Below, piece by piece: positions 1 to 13,430 of a stretch of 64,000 bases of DNA. The stretch is from Malacoraja senta (taxonomy: Eukaryota). A program made the translations under genes and the position numbers. The notes beneath the pieces are model-generated. The model had not been told where the DNA came from, did no database searches, and worked only from the letters and a program-made list of their open reading frames with translations. Numbering within the stretch: position 1 is the first letter of the stretch; each line of letters starts with the position of its first letter. The DNA lies in the NCBI GenBank assembly GCA_038087875.1, contig CM075990.1:10542001-10606000 (forward strand), in the 5' to 3' direction.

Positions 1-1121
1 TATGTAATTAATCAATGGATACATTTTTTCAAAAAGGATTGAAATGGTATTAATAAATTAGTTGAGTTCAGCTATTTTACCTGATATCATAATCAGTGCC
101 AATACAAAATTATAGGTACCAAACAATGTGCTGCCCTAAATGTTACGGAAGCAAAACTAGACACTTAACAAAACCGCAAAACAGATGAAAAACGGATTTG
201 AACTTTCAGGCTCATTGACTTGCATGAGCTTTGTCTCTCTGCCCATAATTGCAGCCTGACCTATGGAGTATTACATGTGTTATCTGTTGCCTTTCAAATT
301 TCCAGTGTCAGCTGTATTTTGCTTAAAGTTCATTCGCCAAGAATGATCTAATTCGTGGTATTGCATAAAATAAGTTGCTTCTAATGAACATAATTACACC
401 CACTGCTTGAAAATGTTTAGAATAAACATTCAACATCCACACACAGGCAGCAAAATAAATGTTATGTGAAATTTTATGTTATTTATACACCAGTTTTGTT
501 GAGCAGGAGTAAAACATGAGATCCATCTTTACAGGTAGCTTTCCTTTTCTCCCATTTTATGATTGATATGATTCATATCCAGACATGAGCCAAGTTTCGC
601 GGTATAACTTGTGCATGAGTAGCTGCAGTCATCTCACCTCCTCATACAGCTTCAGATGTGAAAATAATGACCACCATTAATTTTATTACCTGGGCTATTA
701 CAGACAACAGTGAGTGTGATGAGGCTGGAGATGATGGGGTTAGCTGATGGAGTTGGTGTGTTCTGAAAGATCAGTCAGGCTAAAGCACGGGCATTTTGAA
801 GGTTATTGGAACCTGAAAGAATGATGGGGAATTCATCTGCCTTCACCTGAGGTTTGGACATGATGTGGAAATAGTGTCAGGTGCACAAGGGTGACTTCAT
901 TGAATTTCTGGAATGATGGGAATGGTCATTGTCGTTCTTCATTCCATAAAATAATCTTTAATATGATTTCCAGAAAAAATAATTTTATTAATCCTCATGT
1001 TATACAATTGAAGTCATATCACTAGTAAAACCCAGGGACACCACGATAAGTAAGGCACCCAAAAGTTTCAGCAAAAGGAAAACAAGATGAATTCTCTTTT
1101 CTCCTGTCTGCAATTATTGAC

Positions 1122-1212
1122 TGAAGAAGGGTTTCGGCCCGAAACGTTGCCTATTTCCTTCGCTCCATAGATGCTGCTGCACCCGCTGAGTTTCTCCAGC
1201 ATTTTTGTGTAC
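1122..1212 (+). mobile_element. Short Penelope-derived non-autonomous element with minimal hammerhead motif; 14-bp TSD
   Basis: CTGAAGAAGGGTTTCGGCCCGAAACGTT; flanked by the direct repeat CTGCAATTATTGAC (1108-1121, 1213-1226); same sequence forms the terminus of the Penelope fragment at 52457-52550. Confidence 0.8.
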
Positions 1213-1868
1213 CTGCAATTATTGACAGGTTGCCAGCTATAAAGCCACATTAGCTCTAGATATCTCTACAGGTGATGACAGTTCTCTCACTTTGTACCCA
1301 TGCATTTGAAACATCTGAAGAGAAGTAAAAATTCCTACTCTTTATACCTGTATTAAAATTATGATTGTTACGCTAACCGATAATTTAAGGAAATACATTT
1401 TTTTCCTCTTTTCTAATCATTCACTGAACTCAACTGAGATATTGTTCATGCAATAAAATTCAAAGACAAAGAACAATGCCTCTGTTTCCAGTGTAGGTAA
1501 TATAACATTGTAATGAGTGCATTATATGGGTCCAGGTGCTGTTATGATATCTCTTTTCATATCCAATAAACAGTTTAAATTTTTGCATAGAATCGTGATT
1601 GAAATGATCTGGAATAAATCAATTTCAAAGTATGGATGTGAGGGGATGATGGATGATATCGTAATGGTAACGGAGAAAATATACTCTTGTAAGAAACTAG
1701 ATCATTCTACACAGTCATGTGGAAAAAATGTAAGCTTTTACAGTGAATGGATATAAAGTTTAAATTTTTTTTCTTAACTGGAAATTGTTGAACATTAATC
1801 AATTTATATACAGAATCTGCTCATAAGAGATTACAGAAATAATATTTTCGTTTGATAGATATAAATAA

Positions 1869-1872
<4 letters not shown>

Positions 1873-1926
<54 letters not shown>

Positions 1927-1940
1927 TATAGATAGATAGA
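1873..1940. repeat. (TA)n microsatellite running into TAGA repeats
   Basis: Directly visible. Confidence 0.95.
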
Positions 1941-2540
1941 CAGGAAAATGTTAATTTTTTTCACTTTAAATCAGAAATAAATGGAAAAGATATCCATGTA
2001 AAGAGGTTAGACCTATCTCAAATGAAGAGCTGTATGATTATTTAGTACAGAATATATATATGGATAAACACAGCTTATCGTAGGGTAAAGAACTGGTTCT
2101 TGTTGGATCAAAAACATGAACTTTAACATCTTACAAGAGTTTTAAAAATGATCAAGCGATTTCTGTTGACAGACACATAAATACCAATGATCCATCCCTG
2201 TATTTTAAACCATTATAGTCTTAGTTTTTCTTGACATCAATCCAAATAGAATTAAGCCTATTAATAAACTCTAGCTTTAGAATTTTTATATGACTAAGAT
2301 ATTAATATTTGGTTTTGCAGGGTTTAAAATAATAAAACATCTTAAATTTGTGTCCACAAGCACATAAATTGGCTGATTCTCCAATAGAGTCCACACTGAC
2401 TGTCATTAGTGGCCTGCGGATGAGACAAATGTGTAATCCGGTACTTCCTACATAATGGTTCTGCACCATTGCTTCAAACATTGAGAGGTTGCATTAAATA
2501 GCACAGTTAGTCAGGGTTAAGATAATAAGCCAATCATAGA

Positions 2541-2680
2541 CTCTCAGTCTGAAGAAGAATCTCGACCCAAAACATCACCTATACCTTTTCTCCAGAGATG
2601 CTGTTTGATCCGCTGAGTTACTCTAGCATTTTGTGTCTATCTTCGGTTTAAATCAGCATCTGCACTTCCTTCCTACACAT
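2541..2680 (+). mobile_element. Penelope-derived short element
   Basis: CTCTCAGTCTGAAGAAG..CGACCC..GATGCTG..GAGTTACTC..GCATTTTGTGTCTATC pattern shared with more than 12 copies in the window. Confidence 0.7.
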
Positions 2681-2789
2681 TAAGATAATAAGCCATTTGA
2701 TATACAGTTAAGTGACTGTTGGACTTAAGCACTACAATAAACAAGCAACAAAGGTGTGAATAGGTTTGGCCATGGTAATGTATTACAGA

Positions 2790-3135
2790 TATGACATCAA
2801 GTGGTTATTTTACAGGAACAGGAGCAGAGTTCAGCAACATTGATGCAGTGGCATGATTTCAAATACCACCACGGCATTTCAAACATACAAATTCAAATAA
2901 TTAAATTAATTTGGGATTTAAACAACAAAGCTAGTCTCAGTAAGAGTAACAATGGACGGTCTTTAAAAATCCATTAGCTTCACTAATGTCCTTTAGGGAA
3001 GGCAATCTACATTTCTACCAGACTGGCCTATTTGTGACACCAGACCAACAATTGCTTCCTCATTTAAGGAGCAATTAGAGATGGACAATAAATACTGGCA
3101 ATGACAGTGACATCCATATCCTGTGAATAAATAAA
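2790..3135 (+). mobile_element. Old SINE-like repeat ending in an A-rich tail
   Basis: GTCCTTTAGGGAAGG...GCAATTAG..ATGG.CAATAAAT.CTGGC...GAATAAATAAAAA resembles a common chondrichthyan SINE (recalled, family not assigned). Confidence 0.5.
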
Positions 3136-3339
3136 AATATATTGTATACATTTATATCAGAAGTTATGTAATTTAGCCCTGCGGGTTCCTTTGAAGGCTC
3201 TATAACATAATCATTTATTTGGTTTGCTACCTATTTTTAACATTTGTTTCAAATTTCCAACATTTTCTGTTTTTTTACAGATAAGTAACATCCAATGTCA
3301 TTGGGATGCAGGTGAGAGCATCCACTTTTCCCTCTTAGG

Positions 3340-3480
3340 GCTAAAGGAATCAAGCCCTGGGATGGGAGAAAAGCAGGAATGGGCTACTGATTTTGGATGA
3401 TTAGCCATGATCATATGGAATGGTGTTGCTGGCTCGAAGGGCCAAATGTCCTACACCTGTTTTCTATGTTTCTCTGTTTC
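3340..3480 (+). mobile_element. CR1 LINE 3' end fragment
   Basis: Diverged copy of the CR1 3' UTR (GGCTCGAAGGGCC..ATG..CTAC.CCTG) seen intact at 30540-30685. Confidence 0.75.
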
Positions 3481-4084
3481 AACATTTAAAAAAAAATCCA
3501 AAACCAAAATGTAAATGTAAAAGATGGGCATATCAATAGAAATTCTGGCTACTGCAAAATATCCACTAGGACAGATTTTCATACAATTCAGTCCTCATGC
3601 ATTCCAGAACTAGATGTAGTACACTGTCACTTTTCAACTTAATGGGGACTAAGATGATTGTATATTGACTGAAAATCTACATTCATAAAAGGGTCAGATA
3701 CAGATGGAAATCACGTAATTTTAAGTGTCACATATAAAATAGAAAAACGTTACATTCCTTTCATAATCTAGAAATTTGTTTTACACTGAGAATGATGAGT
3801 GCCTGCATCATGCTCCTGGGGGTGGTGGTTGAGGTAGATGTGATAGTAGCATTTAAGAGACTTTTGGATAGGCATATAGACATGCAGGAAATGGAGGCAT
3901 ATAGATTACATGCAGGTAGATAAGAGATGGTCTTGGCATCCTGTTTGGCACAGACATTGTGGGCCAAAAGGCCTGTTCTTGTGGTTTACTGTCCTATATT
4001 CTATCAGTGCAAAGTCCTCCTGGTTTTGAGGATAAAGGTGAAATTATGTCAACAGATAAACAGTTGGTTTATCTTGCATCCCCT

Positions 4085-4440
4085 CTCTCTCTCCATTCCT
4101 CCCCAGCCTAGTCATCGTATGGGTTTTACTGTTGCCTTGTTGAGTTCCATTGTCTGTATTAACTCATTATCACCTATCCACCAGCTAACAATGAACCATT
4201 GTGGGCTCCACATTTCCTTGATTATCCTTGCTTTCTGCATATCTTCCTTTCATTTGTCCCAAGTACCGTCTTTCTCTCTCGATCCCCTTTCCCCTGACTC
4301 TCATTCTGAAGAAGGGTTTCGACCCAAAACGTCACCTACTGTATTCCTTTACTCCAGATATGCTGTCTGACCCACTGAGTTACTCCAGCTTTTTCTGTCT
4401 GTCTTCGGTTTAAACTAGCATCTGCAGTTCCTCCATAGAC
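4085..4440 (+). mobile_element. Penelope-derived element (longer 3' portion)
   Basis: Contains CTGAAGAAGGGTTTCGACCC core and the shared terminal sequence. Confidence 0.65.
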
Positions 4441-6448
4441 ATTAGGTTTAAAATGGCTCATAAGATTCTGTGTACACAATTCACAACAGGAGGCAACTTA
4501 TTTTCTATCCTACTTTACATGGAATCAGCAAGATAATACTCTCAAATATTTACTCTTTCAGTGAAGACAAACACTAAACTGTGTAAACAACAAATAGTGG
4601 AGGAATGTGGCTTGGTCTGCCTAATTCAAATACCAATTTGTATATACATCACACCTCGCATTTTGACATCAAGTTATTTTGCAGAAGACTAAATAAAATT
4701 TCAAGGGAGTTAGAACTTAAAATTAGGTGGGCTTTATATTTCCTTAAGATACCCAGTTTAAACCAGGCGGGTTTTGGCAGATCAAATATCTGCAGGATTC
4801 ATGAGAAGTAATACTAACTGGGGTAACATGATGTCAGGTGTACCCTGACAGCAAGAGTAGGGAATACCACTGAAGCTGCAAAAGATTATTATAAGAATGT
4901 TTTTAGATTTGAGTCATTTAGCAAGGTACACTGTGTGTCGAGGGAGAGAGAGAATGAATAACCAGGTGGTATTTTATTATGAAGTGTTGAGATATTTTAA
5001 GGTTAAAACAACATTTTAAAATTATATTTTTAATATTCATTTAAATAAAGTTGGAAGTCAATTTTCAAACCAATAATAATGAACATTCTCCAGGATTATT
5101 CAGTGAGGGCAGGAAGAAAAAAAGCAAATTCTGCATTTCCATTATTTCACTGTGAAGCATTTTCACATGTACATGCACTCATTATATTTCCCAATGTTAA
5201 AGTAATTTCTTCATGATTCAGGAAGTTAACTTTAACAAAAGGTCCGATTGTGATAACAAAACTAAAAGTTACTCATAAATGGAGTGATCTCTTTTACAGT
5301 AGCAAGACGCAACAGGCACAAAACTCTATACATCCTGAGTCGTTCCATTCTTCCTCATCACAGCAGCAAAATGTGCTTCTGTTTCATGGGTCTTTCCTGT
5401 CCCAGGACATAAGATACCAAAGAAATATTAGAGTTGCTGTGATATCCTCCTACCTATGCAAGTGGTATCATCATTACTACTTTCTTAGGACTGACAGGGA
5501 AGATATTTTGTGAATTCATAAGTCAAAGCAATGTTCGCACCTTGGATTTTGAGACGTTAGAAAGCAGCTCTCAGCTGAAAAACTGCAGATAATGGAAAGG
5601 TAAAGGTCTCGACCCGAAACGTCACCCATTCTTTCTCTCCAGAGATACTGCCTGTCCTGCTGAGTTACTCCAGCATTTTGTGTCTATCCAAAGCAAACAA
5701 ATGTACCGGAAATGGTGCCAAACTGATTACCATATGTGGTAAATGCTAACGACTTCATGTTCCTGTTATAATTACTTCAATACAACTAAAGAGTACTAAC
5801 GATTTTAAACTGCAGATGCTGGAAATCGGAAGTAAAAGCAGAAAAGAAAGCATTTGAAGTCAGAGACATATTTGATGCTTCAGATGAAAGACTTTTCATT
5901 AGAATCAGAAAATGTGAAAACAAATTGCAGAATTATATTCCACCACTAAGTGGAACCTCTTGGCGGAGAACATCCCTCTGTGGATATCAATATTAAACTT
6001 GGTGATCAAACTGCTTCAGTTAAGCATCTGATAAGTGAATGAGGATCAGGAATAGATTTCCATTTTAATTGATAGCAAGACCTAGCGAATGAGTCTCAAA
6101 GCTACGTGCAAATGAATACAACATCATTAAAGTGAGGGAAGTGTTATTACATAGAATCACAGAAGATGGCCATTCAGCCCATTCTGTCCATTCTGGTTTA
6201 TTACCAGAGCAACTCACAAGTTCTACCCCCAGTGCTTTGTCTGTAGCCTTTAAACCATTTCTTCATCCAATTCACTTTCGAAGCCCACAATAGAACCTGC
6301 ATCCACCATATCTGTAAACAGTGTATTCCAGATTCTAACATATTTAGAGATGCTGGAGTAACTCAGCAGGTCAGGCAGCATCCCTGGATAAGCGACGTTT
6401 CAGAAGAACCCTTCATAATAAAGGCTCAGACCCAAAACATCGTCTATC

Positions 6449-7229
6449 TGTAAATCCTGGTAAAAATAAAGCCAAAATAATGCAGAGGATTCATGCATTT
6501 ACAAGGCCTGTTAGCCATTTCTGTATAAGAAGCCACAGGCTGCCAGCTGGTGCTGGGAAGTCTAGATCCCAGATCAATACCTCAGATAAGGAAGGTCCAA
6601 GTATCTTTGTAATTGTTAGTATGTATGAGAATCTTGCAGAGGAACTCCAAGGTATTGTAAATGCATGAGTTTGATTGGACTACTGCAAAGGGATTGTAAA
6701 TAATGTAAATAATATTGCAAGACAGTTACCCTGCTGTTTGTTGATTGGCCAAAGTGTTAATTGGCAGAATTGTTTTGTGTTCCAGGGTAAATGTTGCATT
6801 ATTCAGTTAACCTGACTTCCTTCCAGAAGCTTCTGAAAGAAACATTGTTTAAGACTCTCTGTAATTGGGTTGGGGAACTGTCAATAATGTATTGATGTAA
6901 TTGATATGTATGATTGGATTGTAAGGGGAACCACCTCTATGTAGTTAAGCCCCTCAAGGTTCGTGGACCTATAAAAGGTAGCCCCCATTTACATCGGTGT
7001 CGATCTTCTGGAAGGGTGCTTGGGACTGCGTGACCTTTTGGGCAGAGTCTGCTTGCACGAGGCTGAAGGGCTTGGCCAGGCAGAGATAAGGACCGAACCT
7101 GCAGTGGTTAGGTATCGTATAGGGGAATTTGTGTTTGTTCTAAAAATAAAGATTAGTTGGTCCAGTGCTTGAGTCAGTGTTTTTATTGAACTAAATTTAG
7201 GGGGGGTAAGCTTTAGGAGCGTATTTACA
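6449..7229 (+). mobile_element. Solo LTR (781 bp) inserted into a Penelope-derived element
   Basis: TGTAAAT...ATTTACA inverted termini; 4-bp TSD TATC (6445-6448, 7230-7233); TATAAAA ~6970; AATAAA ~7145. Confidence 0.9.
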
Positions 7230-10200
7230 TATCCATGTTATCCACGATGCTGTCTGACCTGCTGAGTTACTCCAGCATTTTGTAGCTATCTTTTTTTGCT
7301 GCTTTTATGCTCTATACCTCTATTTATAAAGCCTGGAAATGTATATGTTTTATGAAGTATTTTCTCTATTACCCCTGCATCTTCAATGATTTATTTATTC
7401 TATGCTAGATTCTCTATTCCTGCATCCTTTCAGAATAGTAACATTTAATCTAAATGGCTTCTCCTCATTCATCAGCTACATTTCTTTGCATTAAACTACT
7501 TCTGCAATGTGTCTGTTCATTCCATCAGCCAGTTTATATCTCAATAACCTCTTCACAATTCACAATGCTGCTACCAAGAAATGTAGAAATTGTGGCTTGC
7601 ACCCCAAAGTCTAGCTCATTAATATGGATCAAATAACATTGTTCCTGGAGCAGCATCATTATTTACTTTCCTCTAGTCCATAAAACAACCACTTACCATG
7701 ACTCTTTGCTGTCTGAAACAAAGCCAAATTGTATTCCCTGCTATCAATGTCCCTTTAATGTTGGGTGCTTCAATTCTGCTGATATATTTGTAATGTGGCA
7801 ATTTATCAAAAGCCTCTGGAGGTCCATGAACAACATATCAAGTGTGTTACTACCCTCATCGACTACCTCAACAAAAAAAAACGATTGCCCTTTGTCCATT
7901 AAGTCCATGCCGACCATCGATCACCCATTTACACTAGTTCTAGATTACCCACATTTTCGCATCCACTCACTACACATTAATGGCAATTTACTGAAGTTAG
8001 TTACCCTACAAACCCACATGCCCTTGCGTTGTGGGAGGAAATTGGAGCTTTTTGCTAACTGCCTTTCTTTATGAAGCTAGTGACTTCCGTGCTGTGCAAG
8101 AGCTCGTCAGTGAAATCCGCATCAGCAGAGAACATAACCACATTCCCTTGGTAAGCTAAGGCATTACTACTGCTCAATTCCTCCGGCATCAACATCCAGC
8201 AGGTTATCATTGACAGAACCTCAACTGGTAAACAATGTGGGGGCAAAATTAGGTCACAGCCCAGGCAGCCGAGACACTGAGAAACCACAAAATCATGCTA
8301 CCATCTACAAGTCACAAGTCAGAAGTATGCTAGAATTCTCTGCATGTTTCAGTATAAGTGCAGCTCCAACTACAATCAAAAACCTGAACACCATCCATTC
8401 AGAATATTAACTTGACTATCACCCATCTCGACCTGTTTCTGTGACTTTAAAATATCCATGACTTTATGAAGTCCTTCCTAAAATAAGACTAAAGAATGAA
8501 CACAGTATTCTAGGATTGAAAGTCACACTAAACTTCCCTACTTTTGTATTTAATCTGCTATGCGATGAGGATGAACATCCCATTTACCTTTTAATTACTC
8601 AGTACCTGCGTGCTAATTTTGTCTTTCTTGTACATCAAGACCTCCCTTAACACCAGTATCCAATATTTTCACACCATTTAAAAAATACTCGGTTATTTCT
8701 ATTCTTCCAGTTAAAGTGGATAATGTCACATTTCTCCATATTATATTCTCATATATATGCTATTGAAAATAATTGAGGTAAATTACTCCTATAATTAGGT
8801 AATCATTGGTTTTGAAAGTACACTTCAATTCCCATCACCGACGTAGTTATAATCAAGTATTATTGTGATATCCAGAGATAAATATAGGGGGGAAGGGGGC
8901 AGTAGAGCATAGGCCTCACCCCTAACCTGACCAATAATCATTAAACGCTTTAAAGATGTGCACAAATGTGTACAATATGCATCTGTTTAATGTGCCACTC
9001 CAAAAGTAGTCACATTTAAAATTCCTCTGCGCAAACCCCCAACATCCTTCTTCAAAATAAATCGAAGGTCATACATCAGAAACAAGCCAAGGATACTCTG
9101 TGTATTGTTGATGAATTGGAGTGTGAATGGACAGGAGAACGTTGAGAAAATAACAAGTAGGACCATGGTTTTGTAAAAGGTAGCATAAGGGTTTTGCAGT
9201 ACATTTCATCGAGTCAATAAAGCATTTCTGCTTGCTTCCACACCACTTCGGCTGGCTGACAGACAAGGGAGTCTGTTAGTAATATTGTGCCAAAGACTAG
9301 TCAGAAATGTTCCACATGTTGCAGAATACCTTCTTCAGTCTGGTTAGGTTTTCAAGTCCCGACGGTGGCAAAGGGTGAACTGATACGTGCTTAAACATAG
9401 AACCGAGCAAGTTTTATTTTACAAATGTGTTTTCAGATTGTTAAATTTGACAGAAAACATAAAATGTAGAAAAGACGTGCCTAATAGTAAATGGTAAATG
9501 TACTCTACCTCATTTTTCAAATGATGGATAAATTAATGCCTCTCTCCATAATCAGACAAAGTCTGGAGATGATTATTCCATATAACTGATGTTTTCCTTA
9601 ACACTGCAATAAACAGATGTAACCCATTGGCTTGTTTCCCCTCTAGCAATAACTGTAACTTATTATTTTATTGTATTACGTAGTTAAAAATAGCCAACAG
9701 TGTGTACCTATAAAGACTCATCCGTTGCTTCATGTGAAACGTTAATTTAAGACTGACTAATAATTGTTGTTTGAAAAATGCATTTTCAGTTGAAACTACA
9801 CTGAAATTTTACTTTTAAATAAAGAAACTTACAGGAAAGCACAAACATTCAAACAGGAAAATGTCATTTAGCTATATGAGCCTATTCTACATTTCAATTA
9901 GATCATGGTTGATCTTATCCTTCATCTCTTAACCATATCTGGAAATGTTTCTTTTGGCGGACTCAGAGACACTGCAGATAGCACCGCCACCGCCACCTCC
10001 ACCACAACCATTAAATGATGTTAAATGACTCAGTCAAGTCAGTGCAGTTCCTGGGTTGAATTATGAGCAGGCACCAGCAGAGCTTGCAAACACAGAACAA
10101 TGAAAATATGTTTCATTGAGACTGTACTCATCCTGACAAAAGTTGTCCCTTCATAATTAATCCTGGTGGTCATTAGAAATTTTACAGCAAGATAAAATGA

Positions 10201-10299
10201 GGAGAAAGTAGTCTGTATGGGAGTATCAGCCTTGAGGTTTTTGCAACATTTCAGATCTTGATTTTCAAACATTTTTTCCTCAGCTAATCAAAGACAGTG

Positions 10300-13200
10300 C
10301 GGGTGCATTAAAGATTATGGTGAATTTTATTGTCAATTTCTCACTTTGCTGAGAGGTGACTCTGAAAGCTTCGCAATGAAATGTTTTTGTTGGAGGGCAG
10401 CATGGCCTAGTGGGGAGGAGGATTGGCAGGTTGATAAAGGGCCTTTAGCTTACAGACCTAGAGTGCAAAGCCATCCTTTCGTATGCTGTAGTCATGAGAC
10501 AACAGTGGCTTATAGATCAGGCACATGCATAAATGCAACTTGAATTCAGACATTTAATGCTGGAGTGTAGTCCTATAGGTTAAATAGTTCCCTTTTAATC
10601 TGAAAATTAGCTGTACTCCAAGAAGAAGTTTGATGGAGAGGAGGTGCGAGCGTTAATGAAAATAAAAACTGAGAAAGCAGGTCACAACCAACAGGAACAG
10701 GAGAGATTTCGGGTTGGGACCCATCTTCTGACTAATTGTGCTGAGGGATGGAGAGGAGAGAAAACTGGGAGAGAGGAGTGGCATGAAAAAGTTTGGGAAA
10801 TAATCAGTGGATACAGGGGAGGGGGTTTTGATAAGCAAATGTTTGGACAAAGGTCAGAGGTAAAAAGATAGACCATCTCTAAAGCCTCCTTGAGAAACTA
10901 TTGAAAACCTTATCAAACCGTGTACAGATGCCGTGTAAAACACAGGAATGCACCCATCCACAAGATGCCCATCTGTCCATCCCATTAGGTATCTCCTGCC
11001 TCATCTGTGAAATAATCTGCATTTCTCACACTGACCTCAGTCAGCTTAGAACCCACAAAACTGAAGTAGTACCAAGTCATCCTCAATCCCAAGTGACGGA
11101 ACAGTTGTAGAATAACAAGACAAGAAGAATGATGAGAAGAGCAGAATGTTAATGATTATTATATTGTCCAGCCATCAATGCATTTTCTAGTTTTATTAAG
11201 CATCCTGGATCGCCTCAGCGCAGAGGGAGAACAAGGAGGGAAGAGACAAAGACTTTTGCATTCCATCACAGTGAGGAGGTGCCTGGTGAACTCACTGTGG
11301 TGGATGTTAAATTTGTGTTTATTGTGTGTTTTGTTATTTTATTATATGTATGACTGCAAGGCAACAAAATTTCGTTCAGACTGAAAGGTCTGAATGACAA
11401 TAAAGGATACTTTACTTTACTTTGTCCTTAAAAGTAATAGACATATGCATATGACAGATTTAAGTATAATTATAGTTCACATTAACAAACCTACAAGCAA
11501 AATGTATAAACAATTAACCACAAGCTTGTCTCACACTTACCAAATATTTGGATGCAATGTGGGTGGGACTTCTCTCCCATTGCTTTCTCATGCATTGGAA
11601 ACCTCCAATGAGCAGCAGCTGGTGCATTTGCTGCAGTCACTACTCGCTGCCATTGTCTTCTATATCTATGTACAAAAAGACAAGAAAGATCCCTTAACAT
11701 AGTTCATCCAGTAGTTCAGTTCAGTTCAATTCTGTTTCCGTTTTAGTTTATTGTCACGTGTACCGAGGTACAGTGAAAAGCTTTTGTTGTGTGGTAACCA
11801 GTCAGCGGAAAGACAATACATGATTACAAATGAGACATTCACAGTGTGCAGATACATGATAAGGGAATAACATTTAGTGCAAGATAAAGCTGGTAAAGTC
11901 CAATCAAAGAAAGTCTGTGGGTCACCCATGAGGTAGATAGTAGCTCAGGATTGCTCTCTAGTTGCCGTAGGATGATTCAGTTAACTGATATCAGTGAGGA
12001 AGAAATTGTCCCGGAATCTGGAGGTATGCGTTTTCACACTTCTATATCTTTTGCCCGATGGGAGAGGAGAGAAGATGGTGTTGGTTGTGACCTGCCCAAA
12101 GGGGCCTAATATGGGAATGATGCCCTGGATGAGGGCATTAACACCTATCGTTCATGTTGCAATTACTGTTTATAAAGGTCAGACAACGTTTGGGGCATTG
12201 TGTGCAGTTCTGGTCACCACACAAGAGGAAGAATGTCAAACCTTTGGAGAGGTTGTAGAAGAGGTTCACCAGAATTTTGCCTGGATTGGTGTTTATTAGT
12301 CATAAGGAGAGGCTAGGCAAACTTGAATTATTTTTTAACTGGACCATCAGAAACTGAGAAATCACCTGATATGGTATTGAAAATTATGAGACGTAGATAG
12401 GAAAGATTATCAGAGTATGTTTCCCAGGGTGGAAATGTCAAAATACAGGGTCAGGTTAAAAGAGAAACAAGTTATTTTCCACAGATTGGTGGGGATGGAG
12501 GTGGATGATGAAGGCACAGACATAATGGGCCAAAGAGCCTGTTCGTGGACTAAACTGTGCTATATTCTATGTTCCAATTTAATTAAAGGGAGATGCAAGG
12601 AAATGCAGTTGATGGAATCTTGAGTAAAACACAAAGTGCTGGAGTAACTCAGTACATCAGCCAGCATCTGTGGAAGGAATGGTTAGGCATTGTTTCCCAT
12701 CCTTAGCTGGAACAGTGACACATTAAAGGTAAATACTTAGGTCAAACACATCCCTCTGCTGGATGTCCATATCAGAAAGTTGACATCACATCAACAGATG
12801 ATCCCTTTTATCCATGGCCAAGATTTCAAAGTGAAACATATACAATGCAGCACACAGTAAACATTCCTCTCTGAAGACTCCTATCACGCTGCTGTGAGTC
12901 CACCAACATGACTTTTTCTGGGTTTAATTTCCAGACATTGAGTCTTAACAGGAACAAAGTTACTGTTGTCTGTGTTCATGGAAAAGATTTTCCAAATAGA
13001 GTCTTTTAAAAAAACGTTGTTTAAATTGTTACCACACAGGTGTCGTAAACTAGATTATATTTTGTGTATGAATTAAACAGAACTTAACATTTATTCTTAG
13101 GCAATAAATTTCCATGGAAGTTTTGTGTCATTACTATACTGGTGAACTTTGATCACCACTCATTATTTTAAAATAACATTTGTAAATCATAATGAGTTTA

Positions 13201-13430
13201 ATTACAAAATGAGGACATTTTTTTGCTTTTATCTATATGTGAATGCTTTGGTCAAGTTAGTAACACCAAACAAATATTGGTCTTGTTCAGAAGTTTAAAA
13301 AATTGATAAAACAATTAAACATTTAGAATAAACAAAATGAAACTATCCAAATATAGTAAATTGGAAAAATATTGTAGTTTAGTTCAAATATTTTGAAAAC
13401 CACAGGATGGCAATGAATTAGAGCAACATC
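10300..13430 (-). pseudogene. L: L2: decayed L-gene fragment with pneumovirus-like motifs, internally deleted
   Basis: VTNLTKAF (13243-13266, motif A, cf. ITDLSKFNQAF); SIWKIFS (~12990, end of motif B); VMLVDSQ (~12900, GDNQ position); NLGHG*KG (12803-12826, cf. IGHKLKG); DIQQRDVF (12744-12767, cf. TIQHNGVY); APAA/IGGF (~11610); FVGSKLTE (~11050, GxxT); GNYLTYR (10572-10592, cf. NYLHR). Confidence 0.6.
12170..12570 (+). mobile_element. Old CR1 3' fragment
   Basis: TGTGTGCAGTTCTGGTCACCAC...GAGGTTCACCAG similar to the CR1 ORF2 C-terminus (CVQFWSP). Confidence 0.65.

Larger units (their letters stand above)
950..10272 (-). pseudogene. L: L1: decayed, near full-length endogenous L (polymerase) gene of a negative-strand RNA virus, split by many TEs
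   Basis: Manual minus-strand translation gives, in the expected order: ATG 10272 with LKADTPI (~10220, cf. LNSPI); GSMFKHVSVHPLPPSGLENL (~9345-9405, cf. GSFRHWGHP..GLEKL); LRR*WELK (8823-8846, motif F KERELK); xNN at a CR1 junction (6143-6151, GDN position); LKQFDHQV (~6000, motif D); MMIPLA*VGGY...DRKDP (5387-5474, LP..LGG..DP); KLPPVVNCVHRI (4464-4499, PRNTase HR); TYTGNRG (~1490), SIIADR (~1110) and GLIKLF (~985) (MTase GxGxG, D, K). Spacing fits L once TEs are subtracted. Confidence 0.72.

Noticed and set aside
2476..2494. 19-nt exact inverted match to 34258-34276
   Set aside because: Does not extend on either side; plausible by chance in 64 kb of AT-rich DNA.
9340..9400. LPPSGLENLTRLKK as a leucine-rich-repeat exon
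   Set aside because: No convincing splice sites or neighbouring LRR exons; better explained as the GHP..GLEKL region of L1.
11541..11665. Minus-strand AG...GTAAGT candidate host exon
   Set aside because: Peptide not recognisable; overlaps the frameshifted APAA/IGGF motif of L2.
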